Part shown: positions 56,624-64,000 of the stretch, in pieces
How the letters are laid out: every line of letters starts with the position of its first letter
How positions within the stretch are numbered: position 1 is the stretch's first letter
Source of the DNA: Candidatus Heimdallarchaeum aukensis
Lineage (GTDB): Archaea > Asgardarchaeota > Heimdallarchaeia > Heimdallarchaeales > Heimdallarchaeaceae
Direction: 5' to 3'
DNA: 64,000 nt
NCBI GenBank assembly: GCA_021513695.1
Contig: CP084166.1
Coordinates: forward strand, 2,496,001 to 2,560,000
Notes under the pieces: generated by a model
Databases searched by the model: none
The model's input: the letters and a program-made list of their open reading frames with translations, nothing else
Told to the model about the DNA's origin: nothing
Translations under genes and position numbers: made by a program

Positions 56624-59600
56624 ATGTTTCATAAATATTTTTCAAAAAGTCTTTTTGTCACGTTTTTAGCTCTTTTGGTAAGTTTTTCTTTATTCAACTT
56701 ACCGGCAAAAGCTAATTTTGATTCTAGAATAACTGATATTCAAGATAATTTCGGATCGAGTTCTAGTATTTCTGTTGATTCTTTTTCTTCAGGAGCTGAT
56801 AAAGAAGTCTATAATAAGGATAAAAGAAAAACCGATGTCTATCCTTCAAATTTTCTTTCAACCTCGGTTTTAGACAAATATCAATCTTCTTCTCTTTCTA
56901 AGCCTCAGATACTTTCTAGTAGTGTTTTATCAGAGCTGGAACGAACACCTAAGAATCGTTGGCAAAGTCAGATGGTAAAACTTATTGTTACTTTTGATCC
57001 CTCTTATAGTGATGTTAAGCATACTCTTTCTTTTTCCTATGGAGCTGAAATACTTGATAATATTCCTGTTGCATTTGTTACTACTAGTTTAGACAATGTT
57101 TTTTCGTTATCAACCCTTTCTGGCGTAAAAGGCTTATATTTAGACCAGTATTACCAGTTTATCGATCCTTCTTGGAAACAATTAGATGAGAGTGTTTTAA
57201 CTTATCCCTCTGAAGCATACATTGGGGCTAGAGCTCTCTTAGATTTGGGTATTACCGGTAGCGGAATTAAAATTGCTATTGTTGATACTGGTATAGACAA
57301 GTATCATTCTGATTTGGATGACTTTGACAATGATCCAAGCACAAATGACCCTAAAGTCATAGCTGAGATGTCCTTTATTGATTATGATAATGATGGGATT
57401 AATGATACAGATGCTATGGATGAATTTGGGCATGGAACTCATTGTGCTGGAATAGCGGCTGCGAATGGGTCTTTGCAAGGAGTAGCCCCTGGTGCTTATC
57501 TTATTAATGCTCGAGCTTTAGACGCTTTTGGTGGAGCATATGTTTCTTGGGTCGTTAACGCTATCGATTGGGCTGTTTCTCAAGGAGCAGATGTTATTTC
57601 TATGTCTATTGGATGGATGCCAGGAGATATTGTACAACTTTTAAACGATGCTTCTGATGCTGCGTGGGAAAGCGGTTCGATGGTGGTTGTTGCCGCAGGA
57701 AATAGTGGACCTTCTTCAGGTACTATTTCCAGTCCCGGAATGGCTTCTCGAGCTATAACTGTAGGGGCTTCTGATATGTTTAATGGGACTACTTATTGGT
57801 CAAGTAGGGGTCCTTCTACTAACGGTCTTATTGATCCTGATGTTATTGCTCCTGGGGCAGGTATTCTCTCAACTATTCCTAATAATATGTACGAAGTCTA
57901 TAGTGGGACTTCTATGGCCACGCCTGCCGTCGCTGGTGTTGTCGCTCTTTTAAAATCTGTTTTTCCATCAGTAGATATTGATCTTATTCGTAGTGCGATA
58001 TTAAGTACTGCAACAGACATGGGAAGAAGTGTTTTTGAACAAGGAGCAGGGATGATCAATGCTCTTGAAGCGTATAATTATCTATCCAACCCCCAAGCTT
58101 TTGTTTTTCCGAGTTTCACTGAAACCTCTCCTCTTAAACTTTCTCCCAATGAAATCTTAACTTATCAATTAGATATTTTTGTTGAACAAGTTTATAATTC
58201 TCTGTCTCTTGAACCAAGTGCTGAAATACTTCCATATGTTAGTACTAGTTTCATTGATTCTCCAGATTCTTCTGGATGGATTAGGGCAGCACTTACTGTT
58301 ACAATGCCTGATGCTCTCACAATTGGTAGTATTATTGTTAAAAATGGTTCAACTTCTCTTTACGAGGTGCCTCTTACGTTAGAGCCAGAGGAAGAAGCAA
58401 ACGACGCAAATACTTCTACAGATGCTGGAGAAACTTTATCCGGAGCCATCTCTCTTAATTTTGGTGTTTCCTACCCTGGTGAGCTTAAATCTGGTGACCT
58501 TCAAGACTTCTATAAATTTTCAGTTATTGAAGGAAAGAATTACAGCTTAGTTCTTACTGATTTGGAAAGAGATATCGATCTTTTACTAACAGATGAAAAT
58601 GGAACAGTAATAGCTTATAGTATAAATTATGGATTAGACGACGAACAGATTGCCTTTACTGCTCTCAGCTCTGGAGATTATTATGCAAGAGTTGTGGCTT
58701 ATGATTTTGGTTACTATACAATTCAAGTTAGCGAGATGGATTCTCTATTATCAGCTTCCAAGGTTCTTTTAACTAGAAATTATGATGACTTTGGTTTTGA
58801 CTCTGATTCTGATGGTCTATATGATAATCTAACAATTACGGTAGAAGTAGAAGTAAATGAAGCGGGTACATATGATTTCCTTTATACTATTTGTCAGAAT
58901 AGAGATGATTACATCTTTCCAAAATATTATGTTGCATCAGGATGGAATACGATATACCTTGAAGAAGGTATCCAAACGATTGAACTAGCAATTGATGGAG
59001 GATCTATTGAGCAGTCTAATTATGACGGTGATTATATATTAAGTGAGTTACTTATTGGTGATCCAACAACTTGGATGGTAATTGAGTATCTTCGAGATGA
59101 TTATGTTACAGGAACATATTCTCACACTGAATTTGATCCCCCTGAAGCCAGATTATTAAGCATATCTTATTCTCAAGAGAATTTAGATGGTGCTGGAGGA
59201 CCAGAACTGTTTACTATACAATGCTCTTTTGGTATAGACTTAGAGGAAGAAGTTAATGTTGTATTCTGGCTAATAGACTCTCAACACTTGTTTGGAGTAT
59301 ATAGTGAAACTTCTATTATGGGACCTCTTACTACAGATGTAATTTTTGAATTTTCAGGCTATAACCTACTCCAAATATTAAAAGGAGATATTGTTGTTGC
59401 TGGTGTAGTATTCAGTAGTGAAAATTATCTCTTCTTTTTACCTATATATGATACTAAATCTAGTGCTGATTTTTCGACATATGAACCCCTGTATACTTTT
59501 CAAATAACAGATAAAGTGGTGGACTATGACTCAAATGGATTATATGACACTTTAATGGTTGATATTCTTATCGACTCAAAGGTATCTACAGAGGTAGAAT

Positions 59601-61480
59601 TATATTACAATCAGCTCTTATATAGTCTTCCGGCTGAGAAAATGGTTCCTAGCTCGGGTTACGGTGAATACATCCAACAAACTATAAACGAAGGGAAAAA
59701 TCATATCTACTTCGAATATTCGTTAACTTCTGCTGGAGCGAGAAAATTAAGCGGTCCTTATTTGATACCTATTATTGTATTAACTGACTTTGTTTATAGA
59801 ACAATATTTACTGTGCATCATGTCTCTAATCAATACGACTATAACACATTTGATACTCCTACTGCTTATCTTTCAAAATTTTTAGGAAGTGAAAATGTTA
59901 TCTCTGAATTTGGAGGTATAAAACTCACATTTGAAATTATGGCAAAAAAAGAATTAGATGTTACAATTTCAATCGATATAGAATCTTATTATAGCCTAAC
60001 TGGTACTTATTTCTATTTCTGGCAAGTGTTTGAGGAACACATTTATACAGGAAAAAACAATATCTCTATTATTATTCCCTATCAAGAGCTTTTCTGGTAT
60101 AAATTTATTGGAGACCTAATTGTTAGACAAATATCTATCATTTCTTGGACTTCAGAAGACATTCTATACGATCAAATAATCATTCATGATGTGAATTATT
60201 TGGACTTTAGCTCTTTATTCGATGCTTATTTTGAGGGAACATATGACTTTGAATTCATAGACGATGATGCAGATCCACTTTATGAAGGAGTAAACTTCAC
60301 GTTTCCAATTCACATAAACAAAGCAGGAAACTATAAATTCACTTTATTTTTATCAAGTGGATATAGCATCCCATATAGTATTACAATTAGCGAATACTAC
60401 GAAGTAGGAAAACATTTTGTTTCCTTTGTTGTTCCTGCTAGTGCAATTGTACGAAGCGCTTCATCAAATAATAGGTTAGGTATATTCTGCTCCTTACAAA
60501 ATACCGAAAGTGGTTGGGATGATGAGTTTACAGACACATTTGAAGTAAAAGATATTAATGACTTTGACTATATTTTGCCTTTAACTTATTATAAGATTAA
60601 GTCTGTTTCCTCATTCGATAACAACAGTGACGGACTTTTTGATGGGATTAATATTGATTTACAATTAAATGCTAGCACAACAGGAACATACTATTTAAGT
60701 TTGTACTTCAGTACTTCTCTCCTCGGAGAATCCTATTTCCTTGATACAATTGATATACATACTCAATTCACTATTAATTCCCCTGGACTTTATGATATTG
60801 ATTTAACAATTTATTCATATGACCTAATAGGTACAAGCCTTTCGTTAAGTTATTTTGATTCTACAGAATTTGAATTAAATCTGGATGTTATAACAATATA
60901 TGACAACTTAGGAGAATATACGATTATAATAGATGAAAAAATTCCAAAAGCATTTGACATTACTAATTTTGACATGAGCCCTCCTGTTGAAATAATAGCT
61001 GTAACTGTAGATTTGGAGGATTTTACTGGCGATTCTGTAGCTGATTATTTAATTTTCACAATTGATTATGTTCTCAGTAAGCCTATACCATATATAATAT
61101 TTGAACTAAATATTGAAATCAGCTATTTGGATAATGGAATAGAATACTATATTTTCTATAACACCGAGTTGGGATTTTATCCTGAAGTTGGAGAGGACTC
61201 TGTTGAATTTAGAATCAATCTCTATCATATTTTCTACGATATTCCTGATGAATTTGAAATGTCATATGTTATTCTTGTAAATAATGGTGATTATGAAATA
61301 ATTACTTACTATTCTTCAGATAGAGAATCATTTAATACAATAATTGACACTTCTACTCCTACTCCTACTCCTACAAATACAACCCCAACAGAGCCAACAA
61401 AAAACGATTTTCCAATGCTAATTTCTTTTGCAGTGATATTTATACTTGGAGTATTCTTCCTTAAGAAAAAGAAAAGATAA
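56624..61480 (+). CDS. very large secreted S8 (subtilisin-like) serine protease with PPC-like domain, tandem ~120-aa modules, Thr/Pro linker and C-terminal TM anchor
   Basis: Catalytic 'IVDTGID', 'HGTHCAG', 'AAGNSGP' and 'GTSMATP'. Signal peptide 'LFVTFLALLVSFSLF'. C-terminus 'TPTPTPTNTTPTEPT...LISFAVIFILGVFFLKKKKR'. Confidence 0.9.
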   Translation: MFHKYFSKSLFVTFLALLVSFSLFNLPAKANFDSRITDIQDNFGSSSSISVDSFSSGADKEVYNKDKRKTDVYPSNFLSTSVLDKYQSSSLSKPQILSSSVLSELERTPKNRWQSQMVKLIVTFDPSYSDVKHTLSFSYGAEILDNIPVAFVTTSLDNVFSLSTLSGVKGLYLDQYYQFIDPSWKQLDESVLTYPSEAYIGARALLDLGITGSGIKIAIVDTGIDKYHSDLDDFDNDPSTNDPKVIAEMSFIDYDNDGINDTDAMDEFGHGTHCAGIAAANGSLQGVAPGAYLINARALDAFGGAYVSWVVNAIDWAVSQGADVISMSIGWMPGDIVQLLNDASDAAWESGSMVVVAAGNSGPSSGTISSPGMASRAITVGASDMFNGTTYWSSRGPSTNGLIDPDVIAPGAGILSTIPNNMYEVYSGTSMATPAVAGVVALLKSVFPSVDIDLIRSAILSTATDMGRSVFEQGAGMINALEAYNYLSNPQAFVFPSFTETSPLKLSPNEILTYQLDIFVEQVYNSLSLEPSAEILPYVSTSFIDSPDSSGWIRAALTVTMPDALTIGSIIVKNGSTSLYEVPLTLEPEEEANDANTSTDAGETLSGAISLNFGVSYPGELKSGDLQDFYKFSVIEGKNYSLVLTDLERDIDLLLTDENGTVIAYSINYGLDDEQIAFTALSSGDYYARVVAYDFGYYTIQVSEMDSLLSASKVLLTRNYDDFGFDSDSDGLYDNLTITVEVEVNEAGTYDFLYTICQNRDDYIFPKYYVASGWNTIYLEEGIQTIELAIDGGSIEQSNYDGDYILSELLIGDPTTWMVIEYLRDDYVTGTYSHTEFDPPEARLLSISYSQENLDGAGGPELFTIQCSFGIDLEEEVNVVFWLIDSQHLFGVYSETSIMGPLTTDVIFEFSGYNLLQILKGDIVVAGVVFSSENYLFFLPIYDTKSSADFSTYEPLYTFQITDKVVDYDSNGLYDTLMVDILIDSKVSTEVELYYNQLLYSLPAEKMVPSSGYGEYIQQTINEGKNHIYFEYSLTSAGARKLSGPYLIPIIVLTDFVYRTIFTVHHVSNQYDYNTFDTPTAYLSKFLGSENVISEFGGIKLTFEIMAKKELDVTISIDIESYYSLTGTYFYFWQVFEEHIYTGKNNISIIIPYQELFWYKFIGDLIVRQISIISWTSEDILYDQIIIHDVNYLDFSSLFDAYFEGTYDFEFIDDDADPLYEGVNFTFPIHINKAGNYKFTLFLSSGYSIPYSITISEYYEVGKHFVSFVVPASAIVRSASSNNRLGIFCSLQNTESGWDDEFTDTFEVKDINDFDYILPLTYYKIKSVSSFDNNSDGLFDGINIDLQLNASTTGTYYLSLYFSTSLLGESYFLDTIDIHTQFTINSPGLYDIDLTIYSYDLIGTSLSLSYFDSTEFELNLDVITIYDNLGEYTIIIDEKIPKAFDITNFDMSPPVEIIAVTVDLEDFTGDSVADYLIFTIDYVLSKPIPYIIFELNIEISYLDNGIEYYIFYNTELGFYPEVGEDSVEFRINLYHIFYDIPDEFEMSYVILVNNGDYEIITYYSSDRESFNTIIDTSTPTPTPTNTTPTEPTKNDFPMLISFAVIFILGVFFLKKKKR

Positions 61481-61609
61481 GGATAAAACTATTCGGTTTC
61501 TTTTTTTTATTTTTTCAATATACGCTGCAAGGTCAAAGTTGAATCTTTTTCTGCTTCATTTTAATTTAAATAAGCTTGATTAGAAAATAAGGAAAAAAGT
61601 GATTTTTAT

Positions 61610-63202
61610 TTAGTTAGTCTCTTGTAATATCAGTTCAATTAGTGCATTGTAATCTCCATATTCGCTTTCAAATTTGTAATCTGGTAATACAAAAGTTTCT
61701 TCGTCAGCTTCACCATTTGCTTTTATTCCCATTACTTGCGGTATTCTGATTACTAATTTGCTATTAGGTAAAACAAATACTATTGGATCGATTCCTATTC
61801 CATCTCCTCCTGTATACGTACCATATAATTCTGCAAAATGTGTTTGCTTACATGCATATGCAAAACTTTCTGCTGCTGAATATACCGAATCACTTGTTAA
61901 TAGATAGATTTTTCCATCAAAGTTAAACTGGTGTTGTGGTTCTATAGTTTCTTCTTCCCAATATAAATCTGTGAAGTCTTCAGTATATACTTCTGGAGGA
62001 AGGGATACTGTTACATCTTCTTTTGGCATATTAAGAGTAATTGATCGATTTTCTCGGAAATAGTTGACATAATCACCATCTCTAAAAGCAAGATAGTATT
62101 CATACTTTAAGGTTGTTTTAGCTAAAGGCTCAATAATATTTTCGTACCAATACCTAGTTGAACCTCCGTAATTATCTCTTATGTCAAAGATTAATTTAGA
62201 ACAATTTTCTATTTGTTTATAGAAGTTGAAAAGCATTGTTTTATCACTATCTATATACATACTGCTAAAAGAACTTAAGTAGACATATCCACAATCTTCT
62301 GATAATTTTGTTACATAGTTACTTTTGGCTGATGAATAGCTCCAAATTTTTGGAAAAGTAGAAAAACTGACATTTACCATTGCATCGTTAGTGGCGTTTT
62401 TTACTGTAAAGACAGCATTTTCTCCAAATAGTTCTGGTGTGATAATTCGAACATAGAGTTTTTCTCGAAAAGGATCGAAACGAAGATAGGTTTTCCTATA
62501 GCTTTCTTTGATTGCATTATCTATTGGTGTTCCATTTACTGCTATAACGATTGATCCATTTGTAATATTATATTTTTCTTTCCAATTAAATGAATATCCT
62601 TCAACTATAGTGTAATTTCCTTGTGAATAAACCATTTTTGCATCATAATCTTGTTTTTGTGGTAGTTTTTTCATTATTTGGTACCAATAAAATTGTGCAT
62701 CAGCTACTTGTTCGTTGGTAAAAACTTCAACATAAGCCCCCATGTTATATTTAGAATATATTTGTGCATAGTAATCAAATAATTCATAAGGTATAATGGT
62801 ACAATGAAGATTTTGTAAAGCTGTAATAGCTTCTGATATGATCTCAAGGAATTCTTCATTTGAATCCGCTTGCTTGATTTTGTCAATAAAATATTCCTTT
62901 AGATCAAGCCAGTTAAAGCCATGTGTTCGTTGTTTTAATACTAGATATGGATAATTCTCTTTGATTACATTGTAGAAGAATTTGAAATCTTCAATTCTCT
63001 CTTTTGTCCCCATATCTTGTGGTTCTATTGAAGTAAGTGCAAGGGGAAAATCATACTTGGGTTGAACAATAAATACGGATAAAATGGCTGAAAAACTAAT
63101 AATTACTACAGAAAGAGTAGAAATTAATACTATTGTCTTTCTTTTCATTTTATCACCTTTTTTCTCTAATTTAAGGTCATTGAAATATTTAAATTTGTCC
63201 AA
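61610..63202 (-). CDS. S41-family (tail-specific/C-terminal processing type) peptidase with N-terminal TM anchor
   Basis: 'FDIRDNYGGS' and 'LLTSDSVYSAAESFA' match S41 blocks. N-terminal 'IVLISTLSVVIISFSAILSVFIV'. Confidence 0.65.
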   Translation of the reverse strand: MDKFKYFNDLKLEKKGDKMKRKTIVLISTLSVVIISFSAILSVFIVQPKYDFPLALTSIEPQDMGTKERIEDFKFFYNVIKENYPYLVLKQRTHGFNWLDLKEYFIDKIKQADSNEEFLEIISEAITALQNLHCTIIPYELFDYYAQIYSKYNMGAYVEVFTNEQVADAQFYWYQIMKKLPQKQDYDAKMVYSQGNYTIVEGYSFNWKEKYNITNGSIVIAVNGTPIDNAIKESYRKTYLRFDPFREKLYVRIITPELFGENAVFTVKNATNDAMVNVSFSTFPKIWSYSSAKSNYVTKLSEDCGYVYLSSFSSMYIDSDKTMLFNFYKQIENCSKLIFDIRDNYGGSTRYWYENIIEPLAKTTLKYEYYLAFRDGDYVNYFRENRSITLNMPKEDVTVSLPPEVYTEDFTDLYWEEETIEPQHQFNFDGKIYLLTSDSVYSAAESFAYACKQTHFAELYGTYTGGDGIGIDPIVFVLPNSKLVIRIPQVMGIKANGEADEETFVLPDYKFESEYGDYNALIELILQETN

Positions 63203-63355
63203 ATTTGGACTATTTTTCTGAATTGATTACTTATTGACTAAGGTTATTTTTGAGAAATTATAGGAATTTTGAGATAAAAATTAGAAAAAAGAAGTTAAAA
63301 AAAAGAATTGAATTAGCCTTTCGTTTTTTTACCAATATTTTCATCTATAAGACTT

Positions 63356-64000
63356 TTATTCTTCTAAATGTTCAAATTGACTGTTGTATATTTCAGCGTA
63401 GAATCCGTTTTTCTCAAGTAGCTCTTTATGTGTTCCTTGTTCTACAATATCTCCATCTCTCATAACCAATATTAGATCTGCATTTCGAATTGTTGAAAGT
63501 CTGTGTGCTATTACAAAACTTGTTCTGTTTTCCATTAACTTGTCCATTGCTTTCTGTATTAGTAGTTCTGTGTGTGTATCCACTGAACTCGTTGCTTCAT
63601 CTAGAATTAATATTTTTGGATCTTTTAGAATTGCTCGAGCTATTGTTATTAGTTGTTTTTGCCCCTCGGAGATATTTGTTACTTCTTCATTTATTTCCAT
63701 ATTATAACTACCTGGTAGTGTATCTACAAAGTGGTCAACATAAGCAGCTTCAGCCGCCATTACTACCTCTGCATCTGTTGCATCTAGTTTTCCATATCTG
63801 ATATTTTCTAGTATAGTTCCACTGAATAACCATGTGTCTTGTAAAACCATTCCAAAGTTTTCTCTTAAGTCATATCTAGTGAGGTCTCTTATATCTACTC
63901 CTTCTAATAGAATTGCTCCGTCATTTACATCGTAGAATCGCATAAGTAATTTAACCATTGTTGTTTTTCCTGCTCCTGTGGGTCCAACAATTGCGATTTT
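63356..64000 (-). CDS. ABC transporter ATP-binding domain (exporter type), N-terminal part lies beyond the window
   Basis: Walker A 'GPTGAGKTT' (63959-64000, read in frame upstream of the listed ORF), signature 'ISEGQKQL', Walker B 'ILILDEATS' and H-loop 'IAHRLSTI'. Confidence 0.85.
   Translation of the reverse strand, partial: KIAIVGPTGAGKTTMVKLLMRFYDVNDGAILLEGVDIRDLTRYDLRENFGMVLQDTWLFSGTILENIRYGKLDATDAEVVMAAEAAYVDHFVDTLPGSYNMEINEEVTNISEGQKQLITIARAILKDPKILILDEATSSVDTHTELLIQKAMDKLMENRTSFVIAHRLSTIRNADLILVMRDGDIVEQGTHKELLEKNGFYAEIYNSQFEHLEE

Noticed and set aside
51961-63202. Reading the substrate-binding protein, S8 protease and S41 peptidase cluster as a dedicated proteolysis/peptide-uptake system.
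   Set aside because: The genes are on different strands and are separated by an IS and a toxin-antitoxin pair. No permease or ATPase genes for the binding protein are adjacent. Co-location is compatible with chance among secreted-protein genes.
63250-63465. 71-aa ORF between the S41 peptidase and the ABC ATPase.
   Set aside because: It overlaps the 3' end of the ABC gene on the opposite strand, and its Lys/Ile-rich sequence looks like intergenic A/T-tract translation.
1-64000. Search for CRISPR arrays, tRNA/rRNA genes and cas genes. This was prompted by the CARF-like and Cas4-like domains.
   Set aside because: I saw no regularly spaced direct repeats in any intergenic region. No GC-rich cloverleaf-like segments stand out against the AT-rich background. 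The Cas4-like domain is the C-terminus of an AddA-type helicase, not a stand-alone cas4.

Overview
The window is strongly AT-rich. Its gene content looks archaeal: a HerA-NurA pair, IS4/ISH3-type and IS6-like elements, and secreted proteins with a C-terminal TM anchor plus basic tail. The source organism cannot be named from the sequence alone.

Nt 1 to about 50,900 form a dense defence and mobilome island. In order, it contains:
- A PLD (2x HKD) / CARF-like / PIN-like cluster.
- A solitary PD-(D/E)xK protein.
- A three-gene NERD / repeat-protein / SF2-helicase operon, plus a divergent HNH gene. Two inverted IS6-like copies bracket this block.
- A solitary Swt1-type HEPN protein.
- A five-gene operon that ends in NurA-HerA and includes a 1224-aa P-loop/coiled-coil protein, but has no Mre11 or Rad50.
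- A GC-richer IS with a split transposase.
- A TGT/DpdA-like transglycosylase, divergent from a GmrSD (DUF262/DUF1524) type IV restriction enzyme.
- A DEDD exonuclease plus an AddAB-like helicase-nuclease pair.
- A rearranged type III R-M locus: an internally deleted mod relic, res, a perfect 1364-bp tandem duplication across the res/mod junction, and a full-length mod.
- Smaller accessory genes.

Two identical 110-bp MITEs and their 1218-bp parent-type IS are also present.

The last ~13 kb encode more ordinary functions: an HD hydrolase, an ABC substrate-binding protein, a HepT/MntA pair whose MntA carries an in-frame stop, a giant S8 protease, an S41 peptidase and a partial ABC ATPase.

I found no rRNA, tRNA or CRISPR array.

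The best candidates for an undescribed system are:
- The NERD / repeat-protein / helicase operon. Its three proteins share five copies of a ~100-aa module that I cannot assign to a known family.
- The HerA-NurA five-gene operon.

All functional calls rest on motif recognition by eye. No database search was run.
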